64,000 nucleotides of DNA, taken from positions 22,940,001 to 23,004,000 of the forward strand of contig NC_047062.1 of assembly GCF_902459465.1 (NCBI RefSeq). The letters run 5' to 3'. The position numbers and the translations under genes are program-made. Shown one piece after another: positions 53,047-64,000 of the stretch; the stretch's first letter is position 1; every line of letters begins with the position of its first letter. The DNA comes from Asterias rubens. Lineage: Eukaryota. The notes under the pieces were generated by a model. It saw nothing but the letters and a program-made list of their open reading frames with translations. It ran no database searches and was not told where the DNA came from.

Positions 53047-55516
53047 TTATGCATTCTGTTTCGATCAACTTTTCCTCTTGTAAATTTTTATCACAAATTT
53101 TAAAGTTAGATTTAAAGAGCTGGCAAAGATTTTTGTTTTAATTGTCTGGTTTCAAAGCAAGTGATTCTTCGCAAATAATTGTGAATTTTTACAGTGTAGT
53201 TTTTACAGTGTAGTTTTCAATAAAAACAAACCTTACTTTTACTGAGAAACTGTTTGGTTATAGTTGAAGCTGACTTGTTTGTATACAAAAAATGAACTTG
53301 AGCACTACCCATAGAGCTAGCTATGGCACTACCGGTACTTTTTTTTGTTATGCAAACTAACTCAACTCTGGGGACCACGCCCCTGGAAAAAAAAAAATGA
53401 CCAATCAAACTTAAAGAACGCGGGTGCCACCCAAGTTCACGGGTTCCCCAACAATGACCTTAAAACGACACGTCCTGAAAATGGACACCAATGAAAATTT
53501 GTACAATCAAAACCATAGAGGGCGCTTTAACTGTTTAGCCTTGGCCTCGTTAAATGGGATAGGTTAACGTAGTAGGTAGGTTGGGTGTGTGCAAAAAAAA
53601 CGATTTGGCTGCTCACCGCATATCCCCGGGCCCCACCAACGCCGTGGTTTGCAAGGAATTTACCGTGCGTGCTTTTTGTTGTGAGAGCGAGGAGCTAGAG
53701 CTCGATTTTCCCGTTTTGTGTTGCTGTTGTCTGCGCTGCATCAGGAACGTACTATCCCGTAAGTTATCTCCCTTTTTAAATCGTATTAAATTAATTTTAC
53801 CGTCAGTTTATAGCATACGTATTATATTTGAAGGCTGTAGAAAAAATGTTCATTATCAACCAGAGTTGACAGTTTTGCAATTGAGTAAAATGAGAAAATT
53901 TTTCTTCGTAATTTGCTTGTGTGTGGAGAAGAAGTTTTGTGACTTCTTCTTTCTTTGCTGCTGAGGCTTATTTGGGTGCATGTTTGGTACTGACTTGATG
54001 CTTGGAGGTCGACGAGCGAGACCCCTTACTTAATTTTTAGTCAGTTCTTCTTTTTCAACGGGTTCAGTTGTTAAGTACGAATTTAGTGGTGTTGTATCTA
54101 AAAGTAAAACATACAAAGTAAATTAAAACAACTTTTTAAAACTTGACCAAATTGTTGAATCAAATTTTTAAATAAAAACGTAATTAGCAATCACTTGGAC
54201 TTTGGACATCATATCCACACACTGAAGCCACACAGGAAAAGCCAAATTTCATGGCTTTGTTTAGCATTGCTGTAGTTTAGAGGACATTGTTGTATGGCAA
54301 TATACCTTGGTGGGTTTTCTTTGGTAGGTTTTCCTCCTGAAACTTCCACTGGGGAACTTAACACCCATCCAAGATAAAATATATCTTTCCCAATTTTGCT
54401 AGAGTTGCGTTTTATTGTTTTGGGTGGGTGTTTATTGTATTTTGAAAATGTCTATTAATTAATATAATAGGGACACCAAAGAATCGGTAAAAGAAACAAA
54501 AAAAAACTGTCAGTGTCACAAAATGTATTTAATTCTGGTAATTATTTCTGGTTATGATGCCGCATAAAAGAGAAGTGATTACTGTACGTACTCACTACTG
54601 TAGCTGTTAACCAGTCCAGAGTGCTTGATTTATGAAGCAGAAACACCAGGGTGAATTTTTTCTCTTTCACAACAAGTGTTCTGAATTAGTTTACAAGCAC
54701 GTCTCCCAATCACAGTACCCTTATAAGTTAATTTCCCATCCAAAGGACAAAGCAATTAAATGGTGAAATAAGTTAAGTATCCAGCCTTAAAGGGAAGGAC
54801 ACAAATGATATGACTGGGACTCAACTCAAACTAGAGCCACAATGTCACTCACTCACTCAGTGGACCCAAGTTGTTGCGTTTCCGCATATTTGAGTCGAGC
54901 GAACAATCCATTGATCAGAAAACACCAGAGATTCGAGTCCAGCAGCAGTACTCTTCAACCACTCGACCACGGCATGCTATGCTACAATAAATCAACAAAG
55001 CCCCCCAAAAATAACCCCCAAGATTCTTGGATTTGTTACCCAAGCTGCCTCATAATTCTTGTTGGTCATTTGGCCAGAATTAACTAAATATTATTTCTAA
55101 AGCATTTGTGTGGGTAATCACACCGATATTACAGTTCAACAGAGGCCATGGCCTCTGTTGCCCCCTGTCTTGGCCTTGGTGCCCCTAAAACAATTTTCCA
55201 CAGGCCAGGACTTTGAGATTTTCTCATGGATGGAAGCGCGCTTATCAAAATGAAAATGGCCTTCTGTACTGTGAAGCAAAACAAGTAAAATAGTTTGTTT
55301 TAAAAAATAAAAAAGTTATTACTAACTTTGTAAATGTAAAGGAATGAAGAAGTGAGAATTAATCACAAAGAGGAAAGTGTAATAATTTGACAGTATACCA
55401 TTGTTAACGCAATCTGTCTATAATGCAGTTCTGTCTATTTTTTGTTCCGCAGCAGACTAACACACCTACCATAAGAGGCTTGTTACTCATACCTTTGTGC
55501 ACTGTAAAAGAGCAAG

Positions 55517-55663
55517 ATGCCACGCAGAGGACCCACCTACAAGGAACTTAGGAGAAAGTTTAATGCGAACAATCTCTATGAGGATCCAGAATTCCCAGCT
55601 GTAGAGAAGAGCCTCTTCTTTTCCCAGTCTCCAGGCAAACGGTTCGAGTGGAAGAGACCACAT
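55517..55663 (+). CDS. Calpain-family cysteine protease, first coding exon (start of CysPc domain); gene incomplete in window
   Basis: MPRRGPTYKELRRKFNANNLYEDPEFPAVEKSLFFSQSPGKRFEWKRPH matches the calpain pattern Y..LR......L(F/Y)EDP.FPA...SL......WKRP. Phase-0 donor CAT|gtaagt; acceptor ttccgcag| at 55452. Not in the ORF track (49 codons). Confidence 0.85.
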
Positions 55664-55734
55664 GTAAGTATTGTCTAAAGTATGGCATAAAGAACCTTGT
55701 ACAGCATGTACGTGTTGCAGTGTAATGTACACGT

Positions 55735-56142
55735 ACTGTACCTAATGGTAAGCAACTTTTTGTGCTTACTTTAGCAGAAAAACTTGCTTCGAGGTTTTAA
55801 TGTGTTTCACAGGTAAGCAATAAAATGAGGCAGTAAGCAATGTAAGGTTAGCATGCCTTTCCGTGTGCTTACAGTTAGCACTGCTATAAAATGGACGCTT
55901 GCACAGTAAGCATAATATCGCTCGTAAAGCAGTTCTGTGAAATTGGGCCCAGGCCCAATTTCATAGAGCCCCTTTTAAGCATAAATATTGCTTAAAAATT
56001 GTCTGCTAAGCAGAAGTTATCAGGATCACAGTCACAATATACATGACATGGTAGTTTGGCTAGTAGTAGCCCAATTCTGGTATTCATAATTTTTTTGTGC
56101 TAAGCTACTTTTTGTGCTGAAGCAGCTCTATGAAACTGGGCC
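55735..56142. mobile_element. Two abutting GGCCC-terminal MITEs sharing a CAG junction (55950-52)
   Basis: ...GAAATTGGGCC|CAG|GCCCAATTTCATAGAG...CTCTATGAAACTGGGCC|CTG. Confidence 0.7.
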
Positions 56143-59100
56143 CTGGATATAGGCCATAAAACCATGGAGATGAAGTATAGTACAGTGCAACTGCTCCCTC
56201 CAGTGCATTTTTTTGTGAAAACTGCCAGTATGTATCCATGTCCTCTTCAATTTAATAGACTCGGCCAACCATGGCCGGTGAGATTGAGGAACGGCTACTA
56301 AGATGTGATAAAATATTCATCATACGTGAGAAGTCCATTTTAAGATTAGGACACGATCCATTTCATATTGTCAGCTTGTATCTCAGGTATTGTCCAATGA
56401 GATCTACTACACATCTGGACGTGTCTTATGTTGTGTGTATCCGTGATGTAACTGATTGTGTGTAATGAACTCCTTGGACACATTCATTCGCCAATTTGGC
56501 CTCACATTTTGGTCAAATTGAAAACCGCTTTACTTGACAATTCTTCTGCTTTTTTGTCATATTTGTTATTCTGTGTGTGAGTGATTAATTGTTGCGTGTT
56601 CATGTCAGTGTCATTCTGTGCCAGTGGGGTTATTTGCTACACGTTTTGGTTGATTTCATCAATTTGAATTGAAGCAAAAGCACAGTATTATTTACTTGGG
56701 GCAGGGTGGGGAGGTTTGGTCCAAACAAGTTCTTGACGGAAGGAATTGTTTTTGAAGCAAAGCATTGCACCATGATACATCGCTTTGATTGTTATTTATA
56801 CAAATTTTAATTCAGAAGATCGTTGCCAAAAAAGAAGGTCGATGAGCCAGTATTTATGCTAAAATTTATTCATTTTTATGGACAATATAAAAAAATAAGT
56901 GTACCGGTATCTGTACACTATACACTGTAGGCCTAGGTAAAATAATTTCAACACTTTCTAGTCTACCAATAAAACTATACTTGTAAAGTACATGGTATTG
57001 TTGGCTTACTGTTTATGTATTGACTAATCAAAGCAGGATTTGACCCAATGTCATAAAATTAATCAAATGAATGCTGAACAAAAGCATTGGCCTTGAATTT
57101 CAATTGAATAAACTTGACTGATTGTACTGTGCTGTTCATATGGGAAGCCATTACGCACAGGCCTGTCTGTCAGTCAGTCATTCCCTATGTTTAAATGTTC
57201 ATGTGTGTAGCAGTTCCTAATACACTGTGCAGTACCTTTATGCATTTATTTTATTACCTCTGTCTGTGGTAGTTGTTATTGCACTTTGCTCGCTCATATT
57301 GTACTCTGCTGTTTCGTGTAAATTATGCATGTTCTGTGAGAGATAACCTTCTTAGGGCGTGTCAGCTTTTTGGTCTGGTCTTCAAGTCGCCATATAGGTG
57401 ATTGAAGCCAGATAAATGCGATGCTAGGCCCCTTCACATATGAACGGCTAAATTATCGGCACGACTCTGCAATCTGCATTAATTATGGAATTCTGTTTTG
57501 GAATTGAGAATATGTTGTTGCCTTAGATCGGGAGCCCCATCTGCATACATTTGTGATGATGATGCAAACAGATCCCATTTTGCGTCCAGTATATTGTATC
57601 GAGTTGTTATTGCCTCAACGATTCCATGCCAAATATTTTGAAGGGAGGTTTCCTGAAAAGACAGCTGCACTGTCTTGTTGAAAGAGGTGATGGCTGGTAA
57701 TGTGTTCATGATGAGGAGTGACCGAGTCAGTTTGGATTTTATTTAGCCAGAGTTTGGAATATGGTGTCAGAGTTGCTGTAATCTGAGAAACTGGGTTGTT
57801 TAAAAATAAAATATTCACGAGGGCCCAATCTCTGCTTACCGCTAGTGGAAAAACCGGTGCTTACTGAAGCAGGAAATCTGCTCTAAATGTAGGTTAGTGA
57901 GGAATGTTTGTTGTGTGTGCCTGCCGAGATTGTACATTACGTTACTATCAATCCTTTGCTTACACAGCTAGCACAGAACATTCAGGGCTTACCCTAAGTG
58001 GACAGTGGTAACTTTAAGTGCATAGTTTCCAAAGTAAGCACTGTTGAAAAAGTGTTTCAAGAAACGGTCAAAATGCCAAACAGATGGTCTGTTAAAAAAA
58101 ATCAAATCGCATCCACTCCTTCTAGCAGGGTATTATGCCAAGATATAAAAATAAGATCAAAAATTTTCCACAAGGAAAAAAAGTTGCTGACAGTAATACT
58201 GTACGTGCAAATTGAAATGAGGATCCAAAAGACGCCAAGATTAGGGGTACTGGCTCTTCAACTTCTGGCTAAAATCATGTGCACAGTGCACACTATGAAA
58301 GGGACAGACGGCCTAAACCGAATGTTAATGTGTGCAGAATGAGTGCTGAACAAAAGGCAGATGAAATGAAGCTTCCTGCCAATTCATATGGGAAGGAAGT
58401 TGATTATCCATGACTGCAATTGGAGCCAGCGGAAATTATCCTGTTCAGTCTGTCACATTGTTGACTATCATGCAGCACTTGGTACAGATACCGTATGTTC
58501 ATGTCATTATTAACATCACATTAATACATGTACATGTAGCCAGTTGTTTTGAGAAATTGTTTGCCTTTGTTTTTTGTTATTTCCAAAAACTTATCAAAAT
58601 ACCAAGAAATGAAAACAAAATGATTTTTTTAATTTTTTTTTTTTTTAACAGAATGTGCTTTGCTTTAAAATTCTTTCGAAGATGCTTAAAATCATTGGTT
58701 TTCAAAGAGTTCACATTGACTTTTGAAAAAACCCCACCACAAACCCCAAAAATCATTTTGTTACATTTGTGCAATGTAGGCCTATTTTTGAAGTACCAGT
58801 TGGTCCTGATTTGTGTTTTTTTTAAATTTTTTTTTTAGAAGGATCTGATCTGTGCACATTTTATGACGAAATTCTAATTTTTAACGAACAATCAGTAGGT
58901 GCAATTTGATGGAGTGGCTGTTTTAAAACCTTTTGAACAACGTGTAGGGCCTACGTATTATTTGTTGCCCTTGTTATTTTGTTTTTAAAATTTTTATCAA
59001 CCCCATTTTGTTACCTTGTAAACTTATTTCTACTGGCACATTCACGTACACCCACACTTACAAATAAAATCAAAAGCTTCACATTGTACAAGTTTTTATA

Positions 59101-59580
59101 CTGTTATCCCTGAGTGTCCTTGCTTTTCCTTTTGCGAGTGAAGGTCAATGGTATTATAACACTCCTCTTGTCAGGCAATGAATAATACCATACATAATTT
59201 ATGTTAATTCACACTAGATTAGCATTGTATGAAGTACAATGCACTATGTAAAGCGGAATATTTCACTGTTACATTAAATCAAGTGCGAATAATATTATTT
59301 TGATGATTTGAACTACATGTATGCTACAATAAATCCACTTTAACTTGTTCAATGCACTAGACTATTTATGTCGGTGATGTGTGTTAGTGTGCAGTCTCAT
59401 GGTTGAAGTTTTTGAAAAGTTCAAAATTTAAACAGAGAGTTATGAAAATTTTATGCAAATGTTATGCAAGTGTTTGTGTATTGTCCTTTCCAAACAGTGT
59501 GCTCATTAAAAGAGGGATATTGCCTTGCCCTGCTTGTGTACAAGGGCAAGGGCCAGTAAGTTATATAACAGTTTAAGGCA

Positions 59581-59740
59581 GTCAGGTTGGCTCAGTGGTT
59601 TCTGCCCCTGCCTTCCACCTCTTTGGACCCAGCTTAGATTCCCAGACTGAAAGCCTTGCATGTGGATTTGGTTTTCCAGTCCTTACCTGGCTGTGTGGGT
59701 TTTCCCTCTACTATAAAGTCATTTTTCCTCCCACGTCTTA
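59581..59740 (+). mobile_element. Second SINE family copy
   Basis: Similar to the reverse complement of 46290-46432. Confidence 0.55.
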
Positions 59741-62171
59741 AACCAAAATTTCTTCATTGTCTTCTTTACAAAATGTTGGTGTGATGTTTCCATTTAGGTG
59801 CTTTGCGGACTATATAATTCAGGTTCAGATGTTATCTACATTGCAGTTCAAAAGAGTAACCTTATTGGTACAAAAGTAGTAGCCCTGTTACACCTACGCA
59901 TTACATGTTTAATACAATGCTGTGCTAAGTTAAAAAGTGAAAATAGAAGCTGGCCTGGGAGTTTGCTTTGATGCAATGCAGGCAGTCACCTGTGTTGACC
60001 CAGTGCCTTGGTGCTTCTGTGACAATACCATTCTCGCTTCCCTTCTGGCAGTATGTGAAATGATTTATGCATGAATCGTTTCTCTCCTATTCAAATTATT
60101 TTGGGGGTAAAAAATATCTAAACCAATTTAATTTAAAAGGGACACCCTTTCTCAAAATGGTTTGTATCAACAGCCGCAGTGCTTCTTACCATGAAGGAAG
60201 GAAAATAGACTCCAATGTTCTCACCAAGTATGTTTTTATGGTCATTAGTCGTTTGAGGTATTACCAATCTATGACCCTATCCTGCATGAGTTGGTAACAT
60301 AAGCAGTGACTATGGTCTTTCAATTACACTTAGTATGCAATGGAGTACCTGGATGTATTGCTTGGTGATTATTGTGATGGATAGATGCATTATAAATAGA
60401 TATCAGATGACTGAAAAGAAACCCAACAAGTTTGGCGTGAAACATCGACTTGATATTTTTGCCCGCTAGTATCTCAAAGAAGTATGCAATTGAGCAGAAA
60501 ACATGTGCAGAATATATCATTGGTTTGTGATTCACATTCATATGCGAGAAAGAAAATACAAAATCCACAAATGCATATTTCATTGTTGACATCATGGGCT
60601 AAACTGCTGCCAGTTTGTCCAGGTTATGTCTGTATTCAATGGTTCTAGTTGTGGAAGCAGAATTTATGAAACTGCACATCTGTGTGTATAGTAGAGCCTC
60701 AGTGTTTCATGCTGGTGGACGTGACTCCCTGCTAGTGTCACGGACATGACCTTCGTGCTGCACAGGTATGTCTGGCATGCCAACCCTGATGCCAGGCCTA
60801 TCTGCAACATTGCCTGTCCTGTCTCTTTTGTGTCTGTATCAGAAAGTGAAATAAATTTGCTCATAAAAAGGAGACTCATTTGTACACAATTTTGAAAATT
60901 TCACATTAATTTTGTACACTGGTGCCTAACGTGAGCAACTAGCATTACATGCTGTAAGTGTACATGTAAGTTAGTTAAGAACAAACATCAGTTTTAACAA
61001 ACAGAGTTACATGATGTACTTTATACTGTACGTGTGTAAACAAAAACCAATACAGAGTAAGTAAAACCTTAGAGGATGAAGGTCACAAACATCTTACACA
61101 ATTACTCAGTGAATGTTTGTTTACAAGTACGTTTCAATACAAATGTAACCTCCCCCTAGGTTGGAGCTGATTTACTGTGTAAGTCACAGATCAGTAGATC
61201 ATAGGTGCAATGTTACTCCAGTTGACTGGCAAAGATCAAGAGGGGCCCTGCTATTAATATTGAGTGGGAGATGTTGACGTACATTCATATCTTCTTATAT
61301 TAAAACTTTGATAGAGACACAGCTGTCTTCAATTATAAGGGTGGGTTTGTAGCTTTATGACTCTCAACAATTGGCCTGCAAATGGGACAATTTCAGTCAC
61401 CCACACATTTGTTCCATTGCCAGGACCAACAAAATCACACATTTGTTTTCAGCCAAGCGATCTGAGTTGAGGAGCCTTTTCATGCACATGGAAATATTTT
61501 AGACATAAATTATTTGAAAGGAAGTCCTAAATTTGCTAGTTTTTGCTTGTAATAGATTTGAGGATTACACATTTTTTGTTTCTTTTTTCATTTGGTTGTG
61601 GATGTTCGTCATTACTTTGAAATCGGTGGATATTTTCATAGACATCAGCTCTCTACCTTCAGCAGTGCTCTCCCTTAATGGTGGTCCGTTGGCCAAATGA
61701 CAGTTAAAACACAGAGGACCAGCAAAAACTCACTCCAAGGCTGGCTAGTTCAGTGTTAAAAAGCATCCCTATTTTACGGGATTATATAAAAAGCTGGTGG
61801 ACCAGTGAAATGACAAGCTAATTCATCCTGCTGGCAAACCCTGTTTAGGCCTACATTTATTACATAGTGAATATTACACACGTTATTACATTACAGTTGT
61901 AGATGTGGTGCAGAAGGCTGGGCTGGAAATTTGTCATTGCCTCAGTGCCTCGGGATCTGTGCATCTGGCTATGCAGGAAACCTCCCTGAGGATGTGCGCT
62001 GATGCTCGCCTACTATTAATTTGCCAAATTGATGATAATCTGTGTGCATGGTCAAACCACATCAGAGGCATCGTCAAACATTAGGGCTGAGAAATGAACA
62101 TTTAGTAGGTTGGGACTTTTATGAGGTTATTATTTTCCCTCAAGAGAGTTTGGTTGGGTTGTTTGTCTTAA

Positions 62172-62550
62172 AGGCAGTGGACACTATTGGTAATTGTCAA
62201 AGACTAGCCTTCACAGTTGGTGTATCTCAACATATGCATAAAATAACAAGCCTGTGAAAATTTGAGCTCAATCGGTCATCGAACTTGTGAGATAATAATG
62301 AAAGAAAAAAACACCCTTGTCACACGAAGTTGTGTGCGTTTAGATGGTTGATTTCCAGACCTCAAGTTCTAAACCTGAGGTCTCGAAATCAAATTTGTGG
62401 AAAATTTCTTCTTTCTCGAAAACTATGGCACTTCAGAGGGAGCCGTTTCTCACACTGTTTTATACCATCAACCTCCCCCCATTACTTGTCACCAAGAAAG
62501 GTCTTATGCTAATAAATATTTTGAGTAATTACCAATAGTGTCCACTGCCA
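62172..62550. mobile_element. K1 MITE
   Basis: TTAA at 62168-71 and 62551-54; same TIRs. Confidence 0.88.
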
Positions 62551-63715
62551 TTAAGTACTGATTGCATGTTGGCTACATGGACAGCAGAGCAACGTACACA
62601 CGGTCTGGAGTTGGGGTGCAAGGGTCCACCGATGATGTTTGTTTCAGATAAAGAACAGCATTTTTTGGTTTAATAATAAAGTTGTCTCTAGTGGTTGAAT
62701 AGTAAACACTCGATTGATAGTCTTGCAGAAACCAACCTAATATTGCAATTATCTGCATTGAACTCAACAACCATGCCTGTCGTATGGGCGCGTCCCATTG
62801 TTTGCGGTTGATATTAATGCACAAAATTCATTTCCATGTGTGCACAGTGACAAATTGTTTCTCACATGCAGTTGACTTGTGATAACAGGGCCTGAGGATA
62901 AAACAGTTTTTGTGTTGGTCTTAAGTTGGAATTATTGTTGCTCGAGTGCTACTGCTAGCGGTACCAAAAATGAATTATTGTCAAAAATTTGCAGTTCTGA
63001 AATCAATAGTTGGTTGTCTGTGTGTGTTTCGCACTTCTGTAGAAAATTTGTATCTAGGAATTACAATTGGCTTTTGGCAAAAGAATGGTTGTCATACATC
63101 TATTAGGATTACATGAAAATGTCCTCCCCCCCCCTCCCCTTCACCAAGAAACAAATTCATTATGTCAAATGGTGAAAAGCTGTTATATAGAAAGATCACA
63201 GTACAGTTGTACTTCAGAGGAGAGTAAGCTGTTTGCTCATGAACTTCACAAAACAGGAAGCCCTCAGGCACGGAGACATTTATACCTCAACATACAAATA
63301 GATTTTAAGCGGATTATAACATTGTCAGTATACCAAGTGTTGCGTTAAAATAAAAGAAACTGCAAGCTTTGTATGTGATCATGTTACATGTTCCAAATAC
63401 CTTTGCTAGGTTATATAAGCATGCTTAACTGAAATACTCATGGCCTTCCCCATTGTTCATTGGTGAAACTTCCATACAGCCTACCCTCCAGCACCCAGTG
63501 GCACTTTCATATTTTTTGAGAGTTGTTAAACTTTATTGAAAAGAAAGAAAAAAATGTGTATTTACCCTTGGAAAACACTAGACGTGACTTTTGTGCGCGA
63601 GATCAATGGTCGTCATTCTTTTGGGGCTTTGTCGAGTGGCCCATTCACTGTGATGGTGGTGGGTTATTTTGAGGTGGCACTCCTTTTTTTTTTTTTCCTT
63701 TTGGATTTATTCTCA

Positions 63716-63788
63716 CTAGCGGGATGCCGCGCTTCGCGCGGGATGCTGCGCTTCGCGTGTCACCCCGCTTCGCGCGTCACCCCGCTAG
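63716..63788. repeat. CpG-rich GCGCTTCGCG micro-array bounded by CTAGCGGG / CCCGCTAG
   Basis: Three CGCTTCGCG units within inverted 8-bp ends. Confidence 0.7.
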
Positions 63789-64000
63789 ATGAGGAGGATT
63801 CTAGTATACAAATGTTGTAAAAGGTAATGTGGGGGCAAGGGAGGTATTCTTACAGGTAATAATCATTTCGTAGGATTGGATTAGAAATTGTATTTATAAT
63901 CGGTATGGAAATTTGTCATTAATGTTGTATTTTGATAAAAATTAATTGTTGAGCGTGCACAACTTAGTTGTGAAACGTCGCAACGCGTCGCCTCCCCTCC

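Noticed and set aside
57527-57650. Candidate second calpain exon (YICDDDANRSHF...)
   Set aside because: Faint resemblance only; no QG.LGDCW motif, wrong phase for the phase-0 donor, and it stops in frame.
60664-60879. GC-richer segment with a 71-aa minus-strand ORF
   Set aside because: No recognisable domain or convincing splice sites in any frame.

Overview
AT-rich, intron-rich animal genomic DNA, probably an invertebrate deuterostome such as a sea star (inferred from protein and repeat style, not verified), with one 149-N gap. Four protein-coding loci lie on the + strand, all reconstructed by hand with GT-AG introns and consistent phases: (1) a C19orf47 homologue (7 coding exons, 2871-8124, 506 aa); (2) CD36/SCARB-family scavenger receptor paralogue A (12 exons, 17689-36468, 519 aa); (3) paralogue B, LIMP-2/SCARB2-like (12 exons, 40967-50561, 496 aa); (4) the first coding exon of a calpain (55517-55663), whose remaining exons I could not find in the window. 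Introns and intergenic DNA are dense with tRNA-derived SINEs, two near-identical L2/CR1-type LINE 3' fragments, TTAA-flanked (Kolobok/T2-like) and CWG-flanked (Harbinger/PHIS-like) MITEs, often nested, and several minisatellites. I found no CRISPR array, rRNA, true tRNA gene or prokaryote-type system. The best leads are: the two receptors carry different cytosolic sorting signals and cysteine sets; textbook nuclear-receptor elements (IR1, DR5/ER8) are duplicated upstream of the receptor pair; C19orf47 has an 11-copy hydrophobic-x-x-RLG motif array; and an L2-type 3' stem-loop is shared, with compensatory changes, by the LINE and several SINE tails. Repeat boundaries are approximate unless a target-site duplication (TSD) is quoted.
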